From assembly GCA_964437285.1 (NCBI GenBank), contig CAYTGF010000002.1, forward strand, positions 3,543 through 67,542: 64,000 nucleotides of DNA. Reading direction: 5' to 3'. This DNA is from an uncultured Gammaproteobacteria bacterium (GTDB taxonomy: Bacteria > Patescibacteriota > Patescibacteriia > 2-12-FULL-60-25). Under the pieces are notes generated by a model. The model did no database searches. It saw nothing but the letters and a program-made list of their open reading frames with translations, and was not told the DNA's origin. Below, one piece after another: positions 25,608-33,501 of this stretch (the stretch's first letter is position 1; each line of letters begins with the position of its first letter). The position numbers and the translations under genes are program-made.

Positions 25608-26045
25608 ATGTCGACGTTCATTCTTGGGGCGGATCATGGGGGTTTTGCCCTCAAAGAACACCTCAAGCGCACCTTAGAGCACAAGGGAATCGCCTATCAG
25701 GATGTGACGGAAGATCTGCAAGACGGCGATGACTATCCTCCGATCGCGCAACATGTCGCGCAACTCGTCAAGGATCGAAGCGACACGTTTGGACTGCTCA
25801 TTTGTCGATCCGGTATCGGTATGGATATTGCGGCGAATCGTTTTCGAGGGATTCGCGCAACCACCATTCGTAACGCCGAAGAAGCTCGGATGGCACGTGA
25901 GCATAACCATGCGAATGTTCTTGTATTGGGAGCGGACTTTACCTCTCCAAAACAGGCAGAGCACATCCTCATAACCTGGCTTGACGCTCGTCCATCGTAT
26001 GCGCAGCGTCACGTTCGACGCGTTCATCAACTCGACACGCTATGA
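25608..26045 (+). CDS. rpiB: ribose-5-phosphate isomerase B
   Basis: ILGADHGGFALKEHL, CRSGIGMDIAANR, VLVLGA motifs. TGA stop overlaps the rpe ATG. Confidence 0.9.
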   Translation: MSTFILGADHGGFALKEHLKRTLEHKGIAYQDVTEDLQDGDDYPPIAQHVAQLVKDRSDTFGLLICRSGIGMDIAANRFRGIRATTIRNAEEARMAREHNHANVLVLGADFTSPKQAEHILITWLDARPSYAQRHVRRVHQLDTL

Positions 26046-26701
26046 GTCACCTCGCCCCGGAAATTATCCCAGCTATTCTCGTTCACTCAGTGCAAGAAGC
26101 GCACAACGCCTGGACGAATGTTGCGGAAGCTGAATGGATTCAGCTGGATTGCTTGGACGGAACCCTCGTACCAAATACAAGCTTTTTTGATGCACGAGAC
26201 TGGCCCACAGAAGGCCCAATGATCGAACTCCACATCATGACCGAGCGACCACGGCAGGTCATCGAGTCGTGGGTCGAACATCCGCTCTGTAAACGCGCTG
26301 TGTGGCATATCGAATCTCACATCGATCACGAAGAACTTATTCGCTGGTGTCACGAGCAGAATCTCGAAGCAGGCATCGCCCTCAATCCAGACACGCCGCT
26401 CGCGCAAGCGTTTTCCCTGTTCCCACAGGTCGATCTTCTTCTGCTCCTTGGCGTGCAACCGGGCTGGAGTGGGCAGCCATTTGTTCCAACCGTGATGGAT
26501 AAACTTCGCGCAGCCCATGCGAGCGAACCAAGTCTCGCGCTCGGTATTGATGGCGGCGTGACGGAAGACCGTATTCCAGAACTGCTTCAAGCGGGCGTGA
26601 GTCATTTTTACGTAGGTTCTCAGATTTTTCGTCACGAACACCGCACTCCGGCTGCTGCCTTGCAACAATTCACCCGTTTAGCGCATGATGCTTCTATATG
26701 A
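26042..26701 (+). CDS. rpe: ribulose-phosphate 3-epimerase-like
   Basis: IQLDCLDGTLVPNTSF (cf. H.D.MDG.FVPN), GIALNPDTP, GVQPGWSGQ, IDGGV blocks. Confidence 0.8.
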   Translation: MSHLAPEIIPAILVHSVQEAHNAWTNVAEAEWIQLDCLDGTLVPNTSFFDARDWPTEGPMIELHIMTERPRQVIESWVEHPLCKRAVWHIESHIDHEELIRWCHEQNLEAGIALNPDTPLAQAFSLFPQVDLLLLLGVQPGWSGQPFVPTVMDKLRAAHASEPSLALGIDGGVTEDRIPELLQAGVSHFYVGSQIFRHEHRTPAAALQQFTRLAHDASI

Positions 26702-28122
26702 TCCGAACCTTCCTCGCTGCTGCCGTGAGTTTTGCGGCGCTTACCCCATTGTTTGCGTCAGCACTGAGTCCAGCACAACCAAAGCTCATTCGCGCACCAA
26801 TCTCAAGCGCTGTTTATTACGCCATGCCTGATGGTCGTCGTTTCACGTTTCCAAATGAGCGCATCTACCGCAGCTGGTTCAATGATTTTTCAATCGTAGA
26901 ATATGTAACCGATACACAACTCGCCTCGTACCGACTCGCGGGAGCCGTTGTCTACCATCCTGGCCAGCTAGTAAAAATTACGACCGATCCAAAAGTCTAC
27001 GTTGTCACAGAAAACGGGGTTTTACGGTGGATTGAAACAGAATCCACCGCTCGTCGCGTCGCTGGCAGCGATTGGGCTTCGCTCATTCATGATCTTCCAG
27101 ACGAGCTTTTTTCGAGCTATTCTGTTGGCTCGCCTGTTCGCGAAAGCGACACGCAGTTTAGCCTCGCACCCCTCCTCGCCGCGAGTCAGTCCATCGCTCT
27201 CAACCAGCGACTTCTCACAGAGATGAACACGCAACCAGAAGCACTAAGCGTCACCCCAACCTCTACCCCGGTCACGGTTGCGCCAGACATTCTTTTACGA
27301 ACCAGTGACCGTCGTGGAATTCTTCCGGCGGATACACTGAATATAACCGTGTTTGGCAGTGGAGAGATTCCTGAAAATACCCGGATTTATATCAACTCAT
27401 TGCTTGTCCAGTCGTGTACGCAACGTCCATCGTGTACCTATACCCTTTCTCATCCAACGCAATCTTCCGTTCAGAGCTATACCCTCCGCGCAGAAGGGGT
27501 GTTTTCCAATGGGAGGATTGCGACACAAACCCTTGTCGTGCCTGTTCGCGACCCGGAGGCGGGAGCCCTTCGACTGCTTCTTTCAAACACGCAAGGGCGT
27601 ATCAACACCCCGATTGATGTCCGCGCCGAATGGAAAGACTTTCTCGTAGGAGCGCAGCGTACGCAGCTCATCATTGATGGATTAGAACAAAAAGTCTGCT
27701 TTGACACGACGACTTGCACGCTCTCGTTTCCGCTTGCAAAAGCCGCCGGACAAACCTATACGGTTGTTGCGCTTGTCGATGACCGATCCGGAAAGCGTTG
27801 GACGAGTCCAACGACTACGATTGAAGTCGTCACGAATGCTTCGCCGTCCGTCACCGCAGGCATCAACGCTTCGACCATCTACGTGGGTGAAGTCATCGAG
27901 GTGAATGCGCAAGCGAGCGACGATGACGTGATCACCAACATGACTATTTGGCGAAATGACGTCCAGGTCGCCACGTGTGCTCGCGCGCATTGTACCTACC
28001 GAAGTGAATTGACGACCCAAGCTCGAGAAGAGACATTTTCCGTGACGGCAACGGATCTTCACGGAAATACCACCCGTTATGCCCTCGATCCAATCGTCGT
28101 CTTGCCACAAATTCCAAGCTAG
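26698..28122 (+). CDS. secreted hypothetical protein with three Cys-pair beta-sandwich-like repeats
   Basis: Signal peptide. N-domain paralogous to the next gene. Repeated ..C-x5-7-C.Y.. modules. Confidence 0.7.
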   Translation: MIRTFLAAAVSFAALTPLFASALSPAQPKLIRAPISSAVYYAMPDGRRFTFPNERIYRSWFNDFSIVEYVTDTQLASYRLAGAVVYHPGQLVKITTDPKVYVVTENGVLRWIETESTARRVAGSDWASLIHDLPDELFSSYSVGSPVRESDTQFSLAPLLAASQSIALNQRLLTEMNTQPEALSVTPTSTPVTVAPDILLRTSDRRGILPADTLNITVFGSGEIPENTRIYINSLLVQSCTQRPSCTYTLSHPTQSSVQSYTLRAEGVFSNGRIATQTLVVPVRDPEAGALRLLLSNTQGRINTPIDVRAEWKDFLVGAQRTQLIIDGLEQKVCFDTTTCTLSFPLAKAAGQTYTVVALVDDRSGKRWTSPTTTIEVVTNASPSVTAGINASTIYVGEVIEVNAQASDDDVITNMTIWRNDVQVATCARAHCTYRSELTTQAREETFSVTATDLHGNTTRYALDPIVVLPQIPS

Positions 28123-28138
28123 CGTACGGTGAAGGTAT

Positions 28139-28927
28139 ATGAAAACACTCCTATCAATGCTCTTGGCGGGTGTGCTCCTTGTACCATCACTCCCTGTTCT
28201 TGCCGCTGAACAGAGCGCATTTAACCCGGGTGATCTCATTAAGTCTACGTCAAATTCGGCGGTATACTACTTCGCTCAGGATGGAAAGCGCTATGTTTTT
28301 CCCAATGAAAAAACGTATTTCACGTGGTACGCAAACTTTTCTGGGATCAAGATCGTCTCTCCTCGCGTTCTTGCGGCCGTGCCTATCGGTGGAAACGTGA
28401 CCTACAGACCAGGCCGAAAGATGCTCAAAATCACAACAGATCCAAGAGTCTACGTGGTTGATCAAGGCGGCATCTTACGTCATGTCACAACCGCATCGAT
28501 TGCGGAAAGCCTCTACTCGATCAGCTGGAAAAACCAGATCGATGACCTTCCGGATCAGCTCTTCACGAACTATCGCCTTGGTACCGCGGTCAATGACACT
28601 CGCGACTTCACCCCGGCGAACGTCATGACACAAACCCCAACCGTCGCGCATGACAAGCAGATGCCCACAGAAATGGCGAACGTGACGATCAGCGAAATGA
28701 ATACGGGATTCGTTCCCGCCACGATGACCATCAAGCGCGGAACAACGGTAACCTGGACCAACCGTGATATCACCAATCACACGGTGACAGGGCCAAGTGC
28801 TACCCTCGCCTCAGGGAACCTCTTACCAACGGGCACCTACACCAAAACCTTCAACACCGTTGGATCCTTCGACTACAACTGCTCGATCCACCCAGGCATG
28901 CAGGGCACCATCAACGTGATTCCGTAA
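28139..28927 (+). CDS. secreted protein with a C-terminal cupredoxin (blue-copper) domain
   Basis: Signal peptide. Shared N-domain (SAVYY..DG.R..FPNE..Y..W...F..I). C-terminus TVTWTNRD.TNHTV...CSIHPGMQG, a His/Cys/His/Met ligand pattern. Confidence 0.75.
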   Translation: MKTLLSMLLAGVLLVPSLPVLAAEQSAFNPGDLIKSTSNSAVYYFAQDGKRYVFPNEKTYFTWYANFSGIKIVSPRVLAAVPIGGNVTYRPGRKMLKITTDPRVYVVDQGGILRHVTTASIAESLYSISWKNQIDDLPDQLFTNYRLGTAVNDTRDFTPANVMTQTPTVAHDKQMPTEMANVTISEMNTGFVPATMTIKRGTTVTWTNRDITNHTVTGPSATLASGNLLPTGTYTKTFNTVGSFDYNCSIHPGMQGTINVIP

Positions 28928-28945
28928 ACAAAAAGGTACAAAAAA

Positions 28946-28970
28946 CATCCAACAAACGTTGGATGTTTTT
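28946..28970 (+). terminator. intrinsic terminator
   Basis: CATCCAAC-AAAC-GTTGGATG hairpin plus T5. Confidence 0.75.
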
Positions 28971-28983
28971 ATTTTTGCTTAGA

Positions 28984-29155
28984 ATAAGGAATCTTTTCTT
29001 ATTTTTTATAGCTCGCTTCGCTCGCTATAGGTTTATACACGCATGAGATACAAGCGACCATTATTAAAAGATGCCTGGCACGTGCCAGGCACCTTGAAAC
29101 CACAACATGAAGCCGAGCGAAGTGAGGCTTCAGAAAAAAGAAAAAAGATTCCTTA
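28984..29155. mobile_element. MITE-like non-coding element, copy A
   Basis: TIRs ATAAGGAATCTTTTCTT / AAGAAAAAAGATTCCTTA. Hairpins at 29007-29029 and 29109-29131. Central palindrome TGCCTGGCAC|GTGCCAGGCA at 29072-29091. Confidence 0.6.
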
Positions 29156-29181
29156 ACGAGCTTATTCGAAGTTTCACCGCG

Positions 29182-29190
29182 TGCTATACT
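29182..29190 (+). promoter_or_regulatory. extended -10 (TGcTATACT) 6 nt upstream of the tkt ATG (leaderless geometry)
   Basis: TGCTATACT-TCGTTC-ATG. Confidence 0.45.
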
Positions 29191-29196
29191 TCGTTC

Positions 29197-30051
29197 ATGC
29201 GCTCTTTATCGATTCAAGAACTCGAACTCATGGCGAATACGATTCGTCAGGATATTATTAAAGCGCTTGTTCGCGCCACGAGTGGGCATTCTGCGGGACC
29301 GCTTGGCATGGCGGACATTTTCACTGCCCTCTACTTCCATATTTTACATATTGATCCAAAGAACCCAACGCTTCCGGATCGCGATCGTCTCGTACTCTCA
29401 AACGCACACATCTGCCCGGTATTGTATGCAACCCTGGCTCGGCGTGGGTTTTGCTCCGTGGATGCATTTCATCAAACCCTTCGCGCCTTCGGATCGCCAT
29501 TCCAAGGACATTCAAACAACCACTTTGGCATTGGCATAGAAACATGCGGCGGCCCACTCGGACAAGGAATCTCGCAGGCCGTAGGGATGGCGTACGCTGC
29601 AAAAATGGATCGCGCTCGCTGGCGAACCTACTGCCTGATGGGTGATGGCGAACTCAATGAGGGCCAATGCTGGGAAGCGTTTTTGTTCGCAGGAAAAGCG
29701 AAGCTCCATCAACTTACCGTTATTATTGATCGAAACAATATTCAAATCGATGGCTTTACCGAAAGCGTTATGCCCCTCGAACCACTCGAAGAAAAACTCG
29801 AAGCGTTCGGGTTTCACGTGATCGAGGTCGATGGTCATAACATGCGCAGAGTGATTGATGCACTAGAAGAAGCTCAGGCGGTGTATGAACGTCCTACCGC
29901 TATTATCGCGCACACCATCCCAGGGAAGGGCGTGAGTTTTATGGAGGCCGATTTTACCTGGCACGGAAAACCTCCCGATGACGCCCAAGCACGACGTGCC
30001 CTCCACGAACTGCGAACCCTTGCCGGCGCCATAGAATCCGAACACGAATAA
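29197..30051 (+). CDS. transketolase, N-terminal (TPP-binding) subunit
   Basis: GHSAGPLGMADIF, GDGELNEGQCWEA motifs. The track start at 29107 lies inside element A. Confidence 0.9.
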   Translation: MRSLSIQELELMANTIRQDIIKALVRATSGHSAGPLGMADIFTALYFHILHIDPKNPTLPDRDRLVLSNAHICPVLYATLARRGFCSVDAFHQTLRAFGSPFQGHSNNHFGIGIETCGGPLGQGISQAVGMAYAAKMDRARWRTYCLMGDGELNEGQCWEAFLFAGKAKLHQLTVIIDRNNIQIDGFTESVMPLEPLEEKLEAFGFHVIEVDGHNMRRVIDALEEAQAVYERPTAIIAHTIPGKGVSFMEADFTWHGKPPDDAQARRALHELRTLAGAIESEHE

Positions 30052-30052
30052 T

Positions 30053-31021
30053 ATGCTGCATCCCGACCTTTTTACCGAACGCCAACAGTCCATTCCAACG
30101 CGAAATGGCTATGGTGACGCCCTTCTCCAACTTGGTGATGACGAACGAGTTGTTGTGTTAACGGCTGACCTTGCAGAATCTACACGCGTTCACGAGTTTC
30201 GTGAAAAGTACCCTGAGCAGTTCATTGAATGCGGCGTATCAGAACAGAACATGGTGGGCATGGCCGCCGGTCTCGCGCTCAGTGGAAAGATTCCGTTCGT
30301 AAGTTCGTATGCAACCTTTATGCCCGGCCGCACCTGGGACCAGGTGCGCGTTTCCGTTTGCTACACCAATGCAAACGTGAAGCTGGTTGGAGCGCATGCT
30401 GGGCTATCCGTCGGACCAGATGGCGCTACACATCAAGCTCTTGAGGATATCGCCATTACCCGCGTTCTACCAAATATTGTCGTGATCGTTCCCTGTGATT
30501 ATCACGAAACCAAGCAAGCAACCCTCGCGATGGCGGGCATGGAAGGCCCTGCATATATTCGGTTTTCGCGTGAAAAAAGCCCCCTTATTCTCGCAGAAGA
30601 AGCGCCGTTTATTATTGGCAAGCACGTAGTGTTGCGTCCTGGAACAGACGTGACGATTGTCGCGTGCGGGCCGCTTGCATACGAAGCGCTCGAAGCCGCA
30701 CGTCAGCTCGAAAAACGAGGTGTAGACGCGGAAGTGATCAACGCTTCAACTCTCAAACCCTTTGATGAAAAAACCCTCCTAAAAAGCGCCAAGAAAACCG
30801 GCTGTATCGTGACCGTGGAAGAACATCAAATCCACGGGGGACTCTTTGGAGCCGTGAGCGAGATTCTTGCTCGAGCGCTCCCAACCCCTGTCGAGGCTAT
30901 CGCGATGCCTGATAGCTTTGGCGAATCCGGCGAGCCCGCCGAACTTCTTCATGCCTACGGCCTCACGAGTGCAGAAATCGTAAAAGCCGCAAAAAAAGCC
31001 ATTTCCAGACGGGATACTTGA
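30053..31021 (+). CDS. transketolase, C-terminal (pyrimidine-binding) subunit
   Basis: FIECGVSEQNMVGMAAGLA, GPDGATHQALEDIA motifs. Starts 2 nt after the N-subunit stop. Confidence 0.9.
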   Translation: MLHPDLFTERQQSIPTRNGYGDALLQLGDDERVVVLTADLAESTRVHEFREKYPEQFIECGVSEQNMVGMAAGLALSGKIPFVSSYATFMPGRTWDQVRVSVCYTNANVKLVGAHAGLSVGPDGATHQALEDIAITRVLPNIVVIVPCDYHETKQATLAMAGMEGPAYIRFSREKSPLILAEEAPFIIGKHVVLRPGTDVTIVACGPLAYEALEAARQLEKRGVDAEVINASTLKPFDEKTLLKSAKKTGCIVTVEEHQIHGGLFGAVSEILARALPTPVEAIAMPDSFGESGEPAELLHAYGLTSAEIVKAAKKAISRRDT

Positions 31022-31088
31022 TTAAACCAGCAAGGTACTCTACACTCGTCTTCTCCTCGAACCCCTTTCAGGAGAAGAAGGATTTTGC

Positions 31089-31505
31089 ATGGAAGAACCA
31101 TCGGAACGGCTCAGGCGTATTCTCGAAGAGCTGACCGTCACCCGTGTTGAGGACGGGCAGCCGAACATCATCCACCTCAATCGCGCATACAACGAACTGT
31201 CCCGACTCTGGGCAGTCACGCGACGCGCCGAACGTGGAGAGCTCGCCGCGCCTGAACTCGCCCATCAACCGGTCGTTCGTCTCACGATCTGGAACCGTCA
31301 CAAGCGACTCCGATCGCTGTGCGATGAGTTCTTTCGGAACGGATCGCCGGACACCTTTGCGCGAACCCACGTGACCTCCCTCGGTCGGCACCACTTCGGC
31401 GGTACCCGAGACGACCAGACGGGTGCCCCCACTCACACGGTTTACACCTTCGCTCTCACCTCCCCCGAGACGAACAAAGACCTCCCCCGTTGCCGACGGC
31501 CCTAA
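31089..31505 (+). CDS. hypothetical protein
   Basis: 138 aa, GC-rich, AGGAGAAGAAGG upstream, terminator downstream. Confidence 0.5.
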   Translation: MEEPSERLRRILEELTVTRVEDGQPNIIHLNRAYNELSRLWAVTRRAERGELAAPELAHQPVVRLTIWNRHKRLRSLCDEFFRNGSPDTFARTHVTSLGRHHFGGTRDDQTGAPTHTVYTFALTSPETNKDLPRCRRP

Positions 31506-31527
31506 CCCCGTCAGAACACCCCCTCTC

Positions 31528-31549
31528 ATGAGCGAAAGCTCATTTTTTT
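31528..31549 (+). terminator. intrinsic terminator
   Basis: ATGAGC-GAAA-GCTCAT hairpin plus T-run. Confidence 0.7.
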
Positions 31550-31568
31550 CTTCAAAAAAATCTCATCA

Positions 31569-31787
31569 TAAGGAATCTTTTCTTATTTTTCACCGCCTCG
31601 CTTCGCTCGGCTGTGATTATTTACTCTAACGCAACCACCCTCTCAAACCAGCCAAGCAAAGCGAGGCTAAAAAAGCATTTCACCTCCCAATTAAACCAGC
31701 CGAGCGAAGGCGTTATGGCATGCGCCATTCTTTCTTCAACCCAGCCGAGCGTAGCGAGGCTGTAAAGAAAGAAAAGATTATTCCTTA
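31569..31787. mobile_element. MITE-like non-coding element, copy B
   Basis: TIRs TAAGGAATCTTTTCTT / AAGAAAAGATTATTCCTTA. One forward and three reverse GAGCGAAG-type units. The right end overlaps the last codons and stop of 31778..32365. Confidence 0.55.
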
Positions 31788-32365
31788 TTCGGTTGGTGCT
31801 CGAAAACGTGGAGAGCAACGTCAGCGAGCATACGAACCATTAAAAACAAGAACATCGCATTTCGTACAACCGGAAATAGCACCAGCGTTCCATGCATCGG
31901 TAAGATTCGCGTATACGGATTGGAAAGTTGATTTGTTTTTTGTTCTCGATGATAAAAAAACGCATGAAGATGATGCAGAAAAAACATGACCGCCCCCACC
32001 CCCATCCAAAGATACTCCGCCGATGGCGGCATCCCAAAGAACTCACGTATGAACAAGAAATACACAAGGTGGAACCCTCCGTAATGCAGAATAAACACCC
32101 CCACGGATACCATATTTCCCAAGAATCGAGTCATAGAGTCCAGTACTCCATATCCATACTCCGTCTTGGTTTCCCCTATCAGAATCCGCACTATCCCTAC
32201 CACACCGATAGCCACGCTCTGCCCCCAATACACCCATAATGCCGTAGCGAAATCCCATTTTTGCGTCAGAGCAAACAAAATCACTATGATATTCACCCCG
32301 ATCAACGTCCAAAGGGAGGGATCCTGGAACCAAGCCCTTTTCTGCACAAGAGATAACATATCCAA
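31778..32365 (-). CDS. hypothetical multi-pass membrane protein
   Basis: 195 aa, AT-rich, 5-6 hydrophobic segments. Confidence 0.6.
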   Translation of the reverse strand: MDMLSLVQKRAWFQDPSLWTLIGVNIIVILFALTQKWDFATALWVYWGQSVAIGVVGIVRILIGETKTEYGYGVLDSMTRFLGNMVSVGVFILHYGGFHLVYFLFIREFFGMPPSAEYLWMGVGAVMFFLHHLHAFFYHREQKTNQLSNPYTRILPMHGTLVLFPVVRNAMFLFLMVRMLADVALHVFEHQPNKE

Positions 32366-32422
32366 AGTATACCATCTCTTGCCAAACCCTTGCGTACTCA
32401 GTAGGCTGTGGCCACCACTCCT

Positions 32423-32509
32423 GGGTGGATACCGAAGCGGTCAAACGGGACAGACTGTAAATCTGTTGGCCCTGCGCCTTCGAAGGTTCGAATCCTTCTC
32501 CACCCACCA
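32423..32509 (+). tRNA. tRNA-Tyr (anticodon GTA)
   Basis: GGGTGGA..CCGAAGCGGTCAAACGGG..ACTGTAAATC..long variable arm..GAAGGTTCGAATCCTTC-TCCACCC-ACCA. Confidence 0.9.
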
Positions 32510-32515
32510 TAAAAA

Positions 32516-32540
32516 ACACCCTCAAAGGAGGGTGTTTTTT
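32516..32540 (+). terminator. intrinsic terminator
   Basis: ACACCCTC-AAAG-GAGGGTGT hairpin plus T-run. Confidence 0.75.
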
Positions 32541-32553
32541 GATTCCCCCAATC

Positions 32554-32582
32554 TTGACAAGTCCTCCGCTCCATGATAGCGT
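32554..32582 (+). promoter_or_regulatory. sigma70-type promoter
   Basis: TTGACA (32554-32559), 17-nt spacer, TAGCGT. Confidence 0.45.
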
Positions 32583-32613
32583 TTGCGAGCTCAAAGACGA
32601 GCAAGGAGGCCTC

Positions 32614-33054
32614 ATGCAAACTGATCACGCGTCCAACACGCCTACCCAAGCGCTCCGCTCCTTCTTTCGGCTCGAGGACGCGACCAAGAACGCCCTCATC
32701 CAGATGGCGATGGCTCACGAGCTCGTCTACACGGGACCGAATGGAGAGCCCCTCCTGACGGCGGGTGCGCGCAGCCGGCTCCTCAACATCGGCTTCACGC
32801 GCAGCCTCCGCTCGATCGCACAACGACGCGACGGGAACCCGTTCTCCTCAACGGAGAGACTCTCTCCGGAGTCGACCATGCACACGATCTACAAGCGGCT
32901 CGTGTCTGATCAGCCGAATGCGATCCAGGAGCTGTTCACGACGCACCTCGAAGATCTCCGCGCCTATCTCGAAGCCTCTGCGCTCCCTCGCACTACATTC
33001 CTCTTCGTCTGCAGCCTCTTCGTCATCGACGCGCAGAGCTCGCAACCTTCCTGA
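32614..33054 (+). CDS. hypothetical protein
   Basis: AAGGAGG 5 nt upstream of ATG 32614. 146 aa, GC-rich, terminator follows. Confidence 0.5.
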   Translation: MQTDHASNTPTQALRSFFRLEDATKNALIQMAMAHELVYTGPNGEPLLTAGARSRLLNIGFTRSLRSIAQRRDGNPFSSTERLSPESTMHTIYKRLVSDQPNAIQELFTTHLEDLRAYLEASALPRTTFLFVCSLFVIDAQSSQPS

Positions 33055-33061
33055 CCCCCTC

Positions 33062-33086
33062 CCCCGGTGATCCACCGGGGTTTTTT
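33062..33086 (+). terminator. intrinsic terminator
   Basis: CCCCGGTG-ATC-CACCGGGG hairpin plus T6. Confidence 0.75.
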
Positions 33087-33087
33087 A

Positions 33088-33315
33088 TAAGGAATCTATG
33101 TTTTTTTCATGGCTCGCTTCGCTCGCCATGGGTTTATAGAGAAAACAGCTCGTATAGAGAAGGTGGTCCGGAGTGAACTCCGGACCATTTTAAAGATAGC
33201 TAAACAAGAGACGAACGAAGTGAGTCTCTTATAAAAAAGCACGATTCCTTAGATGTGTGGATACCCGAGAGACAAGCGAAGCGAGTCTCTCAAGAAAAAG
33301 AAAAGAGATTCCTTA
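33088..33315. mobile_element. MITE-like non-coding element, copy C
   Basis: TIRs TAAGGAATCTATGTTTTT / AAGAAAAGAGATTCCTTA. Forward hairpin at 33108-33130, central GGTCCGGAG hairpin at 33164-33187, reverse hairpins at 33207-33229 and 33267-33291. Confidence 0.6.
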
Positions 33316-33365
33316 TTCTGAACGAAAAAACAAAAACACCCCGAAGTCCTTCGAGATGTTTTTTG

Positions 33366-33441
33366 TGGAGCCGTTGACCGGGATTGAACCGGTGACCTCA
33401 TCCTTACCATGGATGTGCTCTACCAGCTGAGCTACAACGGC
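33366..33441 (-). tRNA. tRNA-Thr (anticodon GGT)
   Basis: GCCGTTG-TA-GCTCAGCTGGTAGAGC-A-CATCC-ATGGTAA-GGATG..ACCGG-TTCAATC-CCGGT-CAACGGC-TCCA. Confidence 0.9.
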
Positions 33442-33501
33442 GTAAAAAGATGTGAGCAGACGAGCCGCAAAAGCCTATCAATTCCCCTCTTGATCGTCAA
33501 A

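Noticed and set aside
29107-29196. N-terminal 30 codons of the transketolase ORF
   Set aside because: They lie inside repeat element A (reverse hairpin and TIR). The conserved protein begins at ATG 29197, directly behind an extended -10.
31621-32067. Small ORFs 31621..31818(-), 31720..31989(+), 31821..32009(-), 31840..32067(-)
   Set aside because: They fall within repeat element B or overlap the better-supported membrane-protein gene 31778..32365, and none has an SD.
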